From Phoronis australis (Eukaryota > Animalia > Phoronida): a stretch of 64,000 nt of DNA. Shown one piece after another: positions 24,063 to 37,100 of this stretch. The DNA is taken from contig NMRA01000790.1 of the NCBI GenBank assembly GCA_002633005.1, forward strand, positions 1 to 64,000, in the 5' to 3' direction. The translations under genes were made by a program, and so were the position numbers. The notes under the pieces were generated by a model, which saw only the letters and a list, made by a program, of their open reading frames with translations, did no database searches and was not told the DNA's origin. Every line of letters starts with the position of its first letter. The first letter of the stretch is position 1.

Positions 24063-27000
24063 GTACAGTAATCATTGTGTGAAGTATAAATCGACATACG
24101 AAGCAATCTGTTGTCTTCTTCTAAAATTGTGCTTACCCCAAATTTTATCTTGAGTTGGATATTAAGGTTTTCTCGAACCTTGTAAATATTGACCTCCATT
24201 CTAACTCATATATCAGTAAAAGTGTATTTTCTGAAAGAAAATGGTCAAAGATTGTAAAAATATGTTTTATTTTGATGTGTTATTATATTTATTATGTTAA
24301 CATCATTCTCAAACAAAATTACTAGGAAGATCAATTCCATACCAAAATAACCTCTTGGAGAGTTTCAATGAACCCTTTTCAAATGAAAACTTCAACCTCA
24401 AAATAGCTTGTAGGAATTTTTAGATTACTCTGTTTGTTTTGTTTCTACACCGAAGTTACTTGCAAAGTCTAAGATATTTTTGTAAAACATTGCAATCGTA
24501 TTTGTCTTACATGTAGAGTTCGCAAAATGTAGTTGTTTAAAAACAGAATAGAAACAAAGTAAGTGGCAGTATTAATAAAATAACGAAAACAGGTACATTT
24601 ATGAAACATGTGGTAAGGATAATGGAAATTCTTTGCTACATTACACTCACTTAAATCATAAGTAATGATTAACATGATTGTGACAGTCAAGCCCAATGTA
24701 AATTAAGAAAATATATTTAAAACAGGCATAACCAAAGAATTATGATTGATGTAAGGCCCCCTCGACCCCTCAAATCCCACACACCAAAACCCCCTCAATC
24801 CACGATGCCCTCGACCCCCAACCCGCAACCCCCTCGACCTAGTCTACGCACGCTCGACATTATCTAAACATACAGCAAGCGCTGACTTGGAGGACCAACG
24901 AGTCTGGCCGTGAGCTCGGCGGGCTTTTTCCTGTTTTTGAAACTGAAAGAGTTGATTCGGTAAGTTTTAAAGCCAAAAAAACAGAAAAAACAACCTACGG
25001 TACCAAATCAAATCAAATCAGAGGCTTACTAACATTGCATATCGTATCGTTCCGGGCAGAGTGTAATCGTCTCGTCTGCTCTTCAGTGAATTGCAGTTTC
25101 AATTTGGACATTAGCAGGGGATCGCAAATATGTATTGAAAAAATGTCAAGTGAACTAAAAAGCAATCCAGGGTTAATTTTAGTATTTTGTAAAGGAGTAT
25201 ACCTCACAAAAATATAATGAATATGAGAAATTATATGTATACACGTTATTATACACTCTCTCTAAGTTCAGTGCAACATGGTCAATGGTAGACACTCGTG
25301 GAATTATTTCCCAGGCAGCCTGGAATCTCTATGAAAATTGTCGTCAAAAATACAGCTAGATTGTGTACTGAGCCCCCTTAGACCCCGATTTTTCACACAG
25401 CCCGTGTAGTTCTGCTCGTCACCTCGTCATTAATGTTAAATCAACACTTAAATCTAACAACCGTTTGGGGTGCTTGCAATATCAGGAAGTCATCCTAGAC
25501 TCATCTTGCTCGGTGAAGTCGTCTTCAAGTGAAAAACAATCTGATCAGCGTCATTTTCTTGCATAATTCTCTGCCTGTTGCACAAAGAAAATCTCTTGTC
25601 GTTTTCAAAGCAGTATGCTCGTGACACGTGCACGTACCATTTCTATAGCGACAGATCTGCAGCAGGAAAATTTGTTCTGAAATTTGGTTTGTAACAAATG
25701 AAACCAGTTAGAGTGCATTTTTAATGACACTAATTTCGTGCCAGATTTCGTTTGATCGGTTTTTACCCACGTCTTTGCGCCAAGCTGTATATTTAAAATA
25801 CAGCTTTGCAACAAAGATAGCTACTTCTGTGACAACGAGAGAGATCTCACAATCCGCCATTTCTTACGCCACTTTCTGTTTTTACCACCAGTCTTGAACC
25901 GGAGCAGATTTTTGTAGCCAAGTCTTATGCTAAAGTCACTCAATGGCAATGTACTAAAATTAGGCAGTGAGTTTTAAGATACTACTCAGTTTATTTGTCG
26001 TTTCGCGTTGTCTCTCTTCATTGTTTGAATGGTAAAATTCAGTGAAATACAAGAAAGAAAAGGGACATGGGACCCACTGCAACTACTGTCTCTTTGTTGA
26101 GAAACCTCAACCTCTATCGGATAGACTTCTTGAGTAACACAGTTGAGCAACATGACTTGCGTGCACCACCCGTTACCATAGTGGATTTAATAACCCCTAT
26201 AAGGAAGCAATGAGTGAACTTCTAGAATTATCTTGAGTTTTGCGGAAGATTAAAAACGAGTTGTGCGAAACATCTATAGAAGATTAAATTAAACAAATGT
26301 GAAGTGAATCAAATAAAGGATGGGAAGTAAAAAGTGAAACAAACACACAGTGAGCCAAAACGATATGTCAGTGGAAAGAATAATTTGACACACAACTTTT
26401 TGTTAATTATTAAAAACGAGTTGTGCGAAACATCTATAGACGAACAAATTAAACAAATGTGTAGTGAGTCAAAAAGTGATGGGAAGCAATTAATGAAACA
26501 AACACACTGTCAGCCAAAACGATATGTCAGTGGAAAGAATAATTTGACACTCAATATTTTTAGAAAACTGTTTGTTAATACTATTTAATAAAAGGTTGGT
26601 TTAATGGGAAGTTAACGTAAATATCCTATATAAAGGCATGACGGACTCGGAAAAAAACACATACCATGGTTGAACGATTTTCACTCTGAATGCAATAATG
26701 CTGAAGGTTTCAAGTGAAAATAGACCGGAAGTGTTACTGTGCACATATATATTCAATAGTTTAAACATTTGTTAAATATCCAATACAAGGCATAAATCAT
26801 CAAGTGAAGACCTTATGTATCATTTCCTATTCCATTACATGTATGTGTTTTCTCTCATTGCATTAAATATACCTGCTTTTGATATTCTAAAATTGCTGCT
26901 TTCGGTATGCAAAAGCATGACATTTTCTTCGTAAACATTTGAAAGCCTGTCACTACGTTCAAACACGGTGATTGGTATATGAGAGACAAACTAGGACCAC

Positions 27001-28301
27001 ATACACACAGTTTTAAGCTGAATGTGAAAGATAACCTCTAGAGAGATTTTTTATTTCTTTTCATTTTCTCGGGAAATACCCCTTAATAGATAATTTCTAT
27101 ACATACATATAGTGACTCCAACAAGTAAGCCTACACGTAGTATGCTTACCGCATGCTGATGATATTGCAGGTATTGCAAGTGCACCAAGACAGTTATAAC
27201 AACGAAAAAAATTGATGAAACGAAATTATGAGATTCAGAAACTGGGATCCTCTAGAGAGCGTTAAAAATTGTCGCGTAATTTCCAAATTGTGTTTAAGAT
27301 TAGCACGAAACAGCAACTTGGGTGAATCTTGCTAAACATTTTTTAGGGCCCCAGCATATAGTGGATAATGTCAGAGAGTTTATCTCTGTACTAAAATTAT
27401 GTGCTTTGCAAAAATGAGAGACAGAAGGAGAGGAGTGGAAGAGAGAGAGAGGGATAGGGAGAGGATAGGGAGACATGTATTCTCGCAACAAAACTTCTTT
27501 CAAGCAAGTCTCATTCAACGGCAAGCTATTTTCTACTTTCCTAAGCTGCACGCATATTTTCTTGAGTTGCCGGGCAGCACGTCTAGTCCCGCTGTCTAAT
27601 TCGCACATGAGAGTTCCAAAACTCATAACACCAAGTGGAGACAACTTCGATTCGTAGGTACATGTATTAATATGTGTAACGTTATGTGAATATGTATATG
27701 TATCTTATATACATGTATGTATATAACCCCTTCACAGAGGACCAACATACAACAGACTGAAATACATACACAAAACGTATCGAGAGTGGCATAGATGAAA
27801 TTATTGCGAGACATTAATCAGCTTATCAAGAGACACCAAACTAAAAGACAAAAGGGCTTTTCATCGGTTTTTAGGCACTTGCATTGACCCATTGAACTCT
27901 AAAAACCACTGTCGGGCAGTTGAGCATCTTTCATTCAACAAAAACCGCTGTCTGTACATGTTTGTGTGTTGCAGGGAACATTTCACCTTAAAAATGTTTT
28001 GGCTTAGACCCAGATGCCCAGCTTTGTACCCCCATGTCCCGCTTTTGATTCAATTGTTCCCTTTTTGGTTGTTGAACGTTGGCCGTGACAGTTATGCAAT
28101 AGGTGTCCAAAATAACAATGACTCTTTTAATAAGTATTGTTGTTTTCCAGAGTCCACTTTCTTTAGTACATTGCAATCATAAAAATTAAATTTTGTTCCA
28201 CTGTGTCTTGGTTACGATATCATACATTACATGCATCAGGATCAAAAACTTTAATTTTTCGTAGGAAATAGTTGATGTCTATACTTTTCTGGAAAGACCT
28301 G

Positions 28302-28549
28302 GGGCCCGTTCCAACAAAACTGACTTAGCTAAGACAAATCTTAAATTTTAGTAAGTTTTAAGATAAGACTTAAATTTGTCTCGAAACCGTTTCAAGAAAG
28401 AGATCTTAAGTTTGAATTAAGTTTTTGATAAAAGTTTTGTCTTAATTTTAACTATCTTACCGGATATGGAAGTTTCAAAGTATGGAAGTTAAGACAAATC
28501 TTAGACTTAAGTCAAAAATGAACTTAAGTCAGTTTCTTGGAACGGGCCC
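28302..28549. mobile_element. PIF/Harbinger-type MITE (248 bp)
   Basis: TIR GGGCCCGTTCCAA(C/G)AAA(A)CTGACTTA. 3-bp TSD CTG at 28299-28301 and 28550-28552. Empty site 'aatacctgcact' in paralogs at ~31401 and ~53806. Confidence 0.85.
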
Positions 28550-30103
28550 CTGCACTATAACTCGCGTGATGACTTATCCACCTTAGATGTACCTTTCAAA
28601 ACTAGGTGATGGATGCTGCATACTTTCGATTGATTAGAAAACCTTTACTTCCAAATTTGAGATAGAAACTTGGAGTAGCTTATCTTGTTTTTTTTTGTAA
28701 ATATCACTCCTTAAAAATTGCATTTGTGTCGAACCGCACCAAAAGTCTAATTAATTATAATATATTAACAGTCGTAATGGTTTTGCTGTTCATTTTTATA
28801 ACACATTTCTGTTTCATTTCCAATTTTATGTCAATATTACACGCTGATATTTTTTCATATTTTGGTAACAATCTTGGTTTTTAGAAACAATAAAAAATAA
28901 ACTGATTAGTTATGTCGGTAGGTCAGTTACTGTATCTACGTTCAGTTGAGAGTAGAGTTTTGTTCCGAAAGTATGAACGCAACGGAATAAAGACTGAACA
29001 AAGAAAAGTGTCGTGCATTTAACAGATTCTGTATAGTTATGCAAAATGAGTTTTTTTGTATTTTCTTGCTTCTATTATAGTCATCAGGAGGTGACAATGG
29101 GCTTTATGTGATATGACAAGTCGGTTGTAAAACGATAGAGTTCCAAAAAGTTTAAAGGGCCGTAAATCCCGTTACACACAACGGAGCAAAGGAATGCAAA
29201 TAACTATCTCTCCAAGATCGGTGTTGTCATTCCAGGGAAAGAATTTCCTGTATTGCGTTAGTATTATTACGAGAAATTTGATTTTAACATTCAACTGCCT
29301 TTCCAACAATCAGGATTTTTCGTTGGTAAACCACCATTGGTATTAAGCTAAAATAATTTCTTTAGTTAAACCTTCTACTGCTACTATTACCGATCTAAGT
29401 CCCACTGGATGCATGACATTATTATGCCCTACAAGGCATTTTGGAACGGACAACTATGAATGCTTCTTACCCTACTTGGATTATAATAGACACAGTGTCA
29501 CGAGTTTAATTTCCAAATTCTTTCGTTAGATTTTATTTCATTGTTTCAATGTTAAAATTCAGTCGACTACAACACATGGCAACTACCGTCTTTTTTCCGG
29601 AAGCCTCAAGGTAAACCTTCTTGGGCAAACACAAATGGGCAACATGACTTAAATACATCACCCCTTACCGGTGTGATCTTAATAACCCCTCAGAAAGCAG
29701 TAAAGTTCGAGAAAAACGTGATTGATTTGTGCATATGTTTAGCAGACTACAGCGACAATTGGCAACATTACCTCCACTAAACTCATAAAGCGCAACAGAC
29801 ATTGTTGGTTGAGGGCTAAGATCAATCTAGCTTTAAAGCCTGAGAACCAAGTATGTATTCTCAGATGTAGAAACAATTTTTGTTTAATATGAGTAACTAC
29901 CACATACATGTATATTGCATGTTTTTGCCAAGAAATTTCCTCATCTTTTGATGTTATTAATGCTTGTCTTTCGCATCCTTGCTCAACTTCAGAGGGCAAA
30001 ATGGGAACACATTAGACTAAAAATTGCTTTCAAAAGGATTTCTTACCTTAATTTTTTACTCCATGCAATCGCTATGTTAACTTGTCTTAACGTTTTTTCA
30101 CAG

Positions 30104-30202
30104 GACGGTAGTACCCCACTTCATCTAGCAGCTATACGTGGACCCACAGGCATAGTAGAGGTGCTGCTACAGCATAATGCCAATGTGAACGCTCAGGATA
30201 AG
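30104..30202 (+). CDS. Single-ankyrin-repeat exon E3 (33 aa, phase 0/0)
   Basis: ttttttcacag|[33 protein letters not shown]|gtacag; closest to the ankyrin consensus. Confidence 0.92.
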
Positions 30203-30262
30203 GTACAGTAGTCATTGTGTGAAGTATAAATCGACATACGAAGCAATCTGTTGTCTTCTTCT

Positions 30263-31335
30263 GTTGAATTTTGTAACATTGGGATTGTTGTAGCTCCATG
30301 CAGGCAAATATCGTTTCCTAAGGACATCGTAGATTGGGCATTCGATAACAAAATGATATTCTGACTCGACATATGTCCTAACACAGAGAGTGCATAACCT
30401 TTCTGTTCTACCCTTTTCAATCATTAGTGGATGCACTGAACATCTCAATCTTACAATATCAGATCTAACATTTACATTGTCAATTACAACTAAATAGTTT
30501 TCAAAACATAGATTTTACTTAAAAATTCTGTAAGTTTCCAGCTTAAACGAATTGTTCAAAATATTTTGCCATTTTTGCTGATCAATATCTTTGCATCTTT
30601 GATTAAAAAGTGATATGAAGCTTGTCTCAGAACCAACACCCTGATAATACCATGCTTCTCCAAAACCAAACTGAAATAGCAATTTCTTAACATCATTAAC
30701 CCAGCACGGTTTATTAACATTTTCCGTCATGTTGTACTGCCATTCAAAGCTATGATATGTAATTTTTGACTCATCGGTTCTTAATAGTTTTAACCAATAT
30801 TTCATACTTCTAGGAAGTCAGTAAGCAATCAAGGAGTAACGACCCATCTCACCTCTAGCAGTCGATGAAATTGCCGTGCTAGGCAAATTTAAAATTTCTT
30901 TACACAATTTTATGTGGACTATTTCAATACATTCGTAATCAATAAAACCCCAGATCTCACAGCCATAATGAAGTATCGGCAATATTTTACAATCGAATAA
31001 TTTTAAACTAACTTCAACAGAGAGTGCATTAAGACCATTGACATTTTTTCTCATTAAATTCACTGCCTTAGTAGCCTGTAATGATAGTGTTTTCTCTGCG
31101 CAAGACCACGAACCTTTCGTGGTAAACATTATCCCTAGATGTTTATATGCATTTACTATATTAACAGTATTCCCATCATACGTCCATTTTTCATACGATC
31201 GTAACATTCCACCTTTTCTGAAAACAATTATCTTAGTCTTCGACATGTTAACGATCAATTTCCATTTCTGACTATACTCATATAAAATGTTCATTTTTTT
31301 CTTCAGTCCTTTCACACTATAAGAAAATAAAACAT
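30263..31335 (-). mobile_element. Non-LTR retrotransposon (LINE) ORF2 fragment, RTE-X-like, truncated at both ends and disrupted
   Basis: Post-YADD RT region LYEYSQKWKLIVNMSKTKIIVFRKGG...YKHLGI...LFDCKILPILHYGCEIWGF, then KYWLKLL, and a C-terminal CTLC...EYHFVIECPIYDVLR zinc knuckle. Split over several ORFs. Clade assignment is tentative. Confidence 0.85.
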
Positions 31336-34122
31336 GCATACATTGGGATCAAAAACTTTTAATATCTCAAGGAAATAGTTGATTTCTAAGCTCTTATGAA
31401 ATACCTGCACTGCAACTAGCGTGTTAATTTATACACATTACATGCACCTTTCAAAACTCCGTGCTGGATTCTGCACTTTTTCTATTGATTAGAAATACTT
31501 TAATTCCAAATTCGGGATAGAAGCTTGTAGGAGAATATCGTATTTTTGGTAAATATCACTGCATTTAAAATATAATGGTGTTCAACCTCACCAAAAATCA
31601 ATTAATTATAATATATTAACATGTATAATTTTGGATGAAGCCTGGCTAAATTATCCATAGCGATGTGGCGGATTCATGTTCCTAATCTCTTGTCTCTGTA
31701 GGTTAGACATCTTTTGAATCAGGTGTAATGACTTTGCTGTTCATTTTTATTAAAACTTTCTGGTTTATTTCCTTTTTATGTTAATATTTCTCATTGCTAT
31801 TTTTCATAATTTGGAAACGTACAAAAAATTCCTACAAAAAATGATAATTTATGAATTACTTTTTGCTTCTGGTATAATCGTCACAAAATGACAATGGGCT
31901 TTCTTGTGATATAGCAATGTTCTTGAGAAATGACGGAGTTGCACACACCGGATCAAAGGAATGTAAACAACTCTCACGCAGGAGCAGCGTGCAACCTTAG
32001 CGGCTATGAGATTGAGGTTGGCATTCCAGGGAAAGATTTTTTTGTATTGCAGTAGCACTATTAAGGGAGATTTAACTTAACATTTGCGTGTAACCGATCT
32101 GTGGGCGTTGGTGACCCTGCCTGTCCGAAATCATGATTTTTCGCTAGTAAATAACCATTTGTATGAAATATATTCATTTAGCGGTCCCAGTTAAACAAAG
32201 ATGCTTTTGATACAATATCCGATCACAATCCCATTGGATACATGACGCATTATGCCCTACAAGGCATTTTGGAACTGGCAACTATAAATTTTCTTACTCT
32301 AATTGAATTACAATAGACACAGTGTCAGAAGTTAAATTTTCAACTTCTTTCGTCGAATTATTTTCATTGCTTGATTGCCAAAATTCATTTGACTACAACA
32401 AATTGCAAATACTGTCTCTGTTGAGAGGCCTAAACCTCTACTGGTTAAGCTTCTTGAACAACGCAATTGTGCAACTTGACTTACGTGTACATGTAACTGC
32501 ACCATCGCTTACCAGAGTGATCTTAATAACCTCTCAGAAAGCAGTGAAATTTAGTAGAGCCGGGCCATTGGTAGCCACTTTGGGTAATGTTTCCGTGGCA
32601 ACGATAGCGGGCACACAATATGCCATTTCAGATCACGTTCTCACGTCATTTTCTGTTTTCAATCACCAGACTTGAGCCAGAGTAGGCCCGCTTGTAGGTA
32701 CATGTATGTCTCATTGGAATGTCACTCAGCGAGGTAATAAGATTATGAAATATGATCAAATGGTAAAAAATGGCTGAACTACGGCAGGTCGTGAGTCGAG
32801 GAGGGCGTGAATCGGGGAGGGGGGGGTTCTCTAGGGGTGTTGTTGTTGAGGGTGTTGGGGGGGCTTTAGAACAATCCGTAGAATACATGTATGTCCTAAA
32901 GTGAAAATGTCCGGTTATAATTACGCACAAATTTTGTAATCTTAAATGCAGTCCACACACAGGCCTATCCTACAACAAGTAAGTCCTGAAACGAGTTGCC
33001 GCTAGGTTGTAAACTGTCTAATAATACTTACCTCGCTGGTGACAACTTACTCCACGTTTTCGATGTAGGGTAATTAATGTTCCATGGTAACCTGCGCCAC
33101 TTTTAATCATTGTGAGGTCGCAAAGTGTGGTAAAACGTAAGGAGTTATTAGTTTCGTATTCTTGTCAGCTGTCCTTTGTCATGGAAAGAGCGACAACTTC
33201 CACCTTACCTTTGTTATCAAGTATCTGGGTTTTTTTCTTCTCGGCTTAAAAGTCGTATCAGTTGCACTTGTGCAAGTTATTATGGAATATACTGAGTGCG
33301 GATGAGACTGTGTGATCGGCGGATTTTGATACACTTTAAAACGTCAAAGTTTTCATCACGTCATTATTCTGTTGTTTTTTTTCAAGAAGTGAAGACATGG
33401 CAACAAAAGGATATAGCGCAAGTTATCTACTGTGGTCTTAAAACCAGAACATCTCATTCGCAGGAAAGTTCTCGAGAAATTTGCAGTGCCATTCTATGTG
33501 AACTACCCATGTTGCACATACTGCATATTCGTTCATACCATAACTCATCCGTATTGTTGGGAGACTCAAATGCCCCATGGGTAATGCAATGCTTCATGAG
33601 AGAAATGCAAGAAATCAATTCTACTTGAGAATGCCTTGAATGCTTTTGGTCTATTTTGTCACAAATTCAGTGAGGTTCATCTTCTTTCCTCTCCCTCAAC
33701 TTACTGTTTACATTAATTTTTCTAAAATTATACGTGTAGGTCATGTAACCTCACTTACATGTGCAGTTATGACTGCAATTTTTTTCAATATTACATTTAG
33801 GTCATTCTGTAAAAATTTAGTAAACTTCGAAGGAGTTTTGTTCGACGGAGTAGAAATCTTTAATTGGTAATTGCATCATTTCCAAGTCGATTTTGAGTCG
33901 TGTTCAATGCAATGGTTTGTAATTGTAATTGTCAGGGATTGTATAACTTGTAGATACCGCGATTAAAGTATTGGATTGGGGACTACATTGATTGAGTCCA
34001 CTATGTACATTTTTGTTTTTGGCCACACGTTAACATGTTGAAGTGAGGACCTTGTACGTTTTCAAATGTGTCAACAGCTTTTGTTGGGCCTGCCATTTAG
34101 AAAATTTGGACTTTTCAAGTAC

Positions 34123-37100
34123 AGAAATTAGTTGATCAATCTCGTTGTTGCGGAACCGTTCCGCATATGGAACCATTCCGCAAATAATAATTTTGTGACC
34201 CTCACAATTTTTAAAAAATTTTCTTGCAGATTTCAGTTGAAATATATTCTATTCTCAATAGCATATCAAAATATCAATGTGTCAACATTAACAATGATTT
34301 ATGAGTGGGGAACTTGCTGAATGGTTTGTGATGCAGAAACCTACCTCAAGAAGACTCGAGAAAAATTGACATCTTGTATATGCCATTTTACCTCTTTTGA
34401 CAGAACCTTAACACAAGTAATGAAATATTCAAATCTCAACGTACAACAAGCATTAATCATAAAAGTATCAGAATATGTACCCTAACAATAATTAATTAAT
34501 AAATGTGACAGTTGCGGAACCATTCCGCATGCCGAAACATTCCGCAAACAATACTTTTGTGACACTCACAATATTTAAAAAATTTTCTTGCACATTTCAG
34601 TTGAAATATATTCTATTCTCAATAGCATATCATAATATCAATGTGTCAACATGAACAATGATTAATCAGTGTGGAACTTGCTCAATGGTTTGTGATGAAG
34701 AAATCTACCTCAAGCAGACTCGGGGAAAATTGACATCTTGTCTATGCCATTTTACCGCTTTTGGTAGAACCTTAACAAAAGCCATGAAATATTCGAATCT
34801 TAACGTACAAAAAGCATTAAACATAAAAGTATCAGAATTTCTACACTAACAATAATTAATTAATAAAAGTGACAGTTGCGGAACCGTTCCGCAAACAATA
34901 CTTTTGTGATCCTCACAAGTTTTAAAAAATTTTTCTTGCACATTTCAGTTGAAATATAGTCAAATCTCAATAGCATATGGAAATATCAATCAGTCAACAT
35001 GAACAATGATTTATGAGTGCGGAACTTGCTGAATGGTTTGTGATGCAGAAACCTACCTCAAGCAGACTCGGGGAAAAATCAACATATTGTCTATGGCATT
35101 TTACCGCTTTTGGTAGAACCTTAACACAAGCCACGTAATATTCGAATTTTAATGTGGAACAAGCATTAAACATAAAAGTATCAGAATTTCTACGCCAACA
35201 ATAGTTAATTAATAAAAGTGACAGTTGTGGAACGGTTCCGCATGCGGAACTGTTCTGCATGGGGAGTGATTTCCCAAACAAAATGGTTTTATGGGGTATT
35301 TCTTTTCACCAATCATCTTAAAATGCATTCCATTATCAATGCCACTTAAAACTTTCGATGTGACAACCCTAACAGTAATAAGTTGATCAATGTCATAGTT
35401 GCGGAACCGTTCCGCATGCGGAACCATTCCGCAAACAATACTTTTTTGACACTCACAATTTTTAAAAAATTTTCTTGCACATTTCAGTTGAAATATATTC
35501 TATTCTCAATAGCATATCAAAATATCAATGTGTCAACATGAACAATGATTAATCAGTGTGGAGCTTGCCCAATGGTTTGTGATGAAGAAATCTACCTCAA
35601 GCAGACTCGGGGAAAATTGACATCTTGTCTATGCCTTTTTACCGCTTTTGGTAGAACCTTAACAAAAGCCATGAAATATTCGAATCTTAACGTACAAAAA
35701 GCATTAAACATAAAAGTATCAGAATTTCTACACTAACAATAATTAATTAATAAAAGTGGCAGTTGCGGAACCGTTCCGCATGCGGAACCGTTCCGCAAAC
35801 AATACTTTTGTGATCCTCACAAGTTTTAAAAAAATTTTCTTGCACATTTCAGTTGAAATATAGTACTCTATTCTCAATAGCATATGGAAATATCAATGAG
35901 TCAACATGAACAATGATTTATGAGCTGGGAACTTGCTGAATGGTTTGTGATGCAGAAACCTACCTCAAGCAGACTCGAGGAAAATAGACATCTTGTGTAT
36001 GCCATTTTACCTCTTTTGACAGAACCTTAACACAAGTCATGAAATATTCAAATCTTAACGTAAAACAAGCATTAAACATAAAAGTATCAGAATTTCTACC
36101 CTAACAATAACTAATTAATAAAAGTGACAATTGCGGAACTTTCGCATGCGGAAAAATTCCGCATGGGGAGCGATTTCCGAAACCGAATGGATTTGCGTGG
36201 TATTTGATTTCACCAGTCAACTTAAAATGCATTCCATTATCAATGCCACTTGAAAGTGTTGATGTGAAAATCCTAACAGTAATTAGTTGATCAATGTGAC
36301 AGTTGCGGAGTCGTTCCGTATGCGGAATGGTTCCGCAAACAATACTTTTGTGATCCTCACAAGTTTTAAAAAATTTTTCTTGTAGATTCCAGTTGAAATA
36401 TACTCTACTCTCAATAGCATATGGAACTATCACTGTGTCAACATGAACAATGATTGATCAGTGGCGAACTTGCTGAATGGTGTGTGATGCAGAAACCTAC
36501 CTCAAGAAGACTCGCGAAAAATTGACATCTTGTCTATGCCATTTTACTGCTTATGGCAGAACCTTAACACAAGCCATGAAATATTCAAATCTTAACATAC
36601 ATCAAGCATTAAACACAAAAGTATCAGAATTTCTACCCTAACAATAATTAATTAATATAAGTGACAGTTGCGGAACATTTTTGCATGCGGAACCGTTCCG
36701 CAAACTATAGTTTTGTGAAGCTCACAATTTTTTAAACTTCTTACACATTAAGGTTGAAATATATTCTATTCTCAATAACACGTGAAAATATCAATGTGTC
36801 ATCATGAGCAAATAATTAATCAGTGGGGAACTTGTTGAATGGTTTTTGATGCAAAAACCTACCCCTAGCAGACTCAGGGAAAAATTGATATCTTGTCTAT
36901 GCCATTTTACTGCTTTTGGTAGAATGTTAATACATGATACGGAATATTCAAATGTTAATGTGTAACAAGGATGAATCATAAATGTATAAGAATTTGTACC
37001 GTAACAATAATTAACTAATAAATGGAACACTTGCGGAACCGTTCCGCAGGATGTCAATTTTATATTATAATATTTCCCAGTTAAATGGTTTTCTTACATC

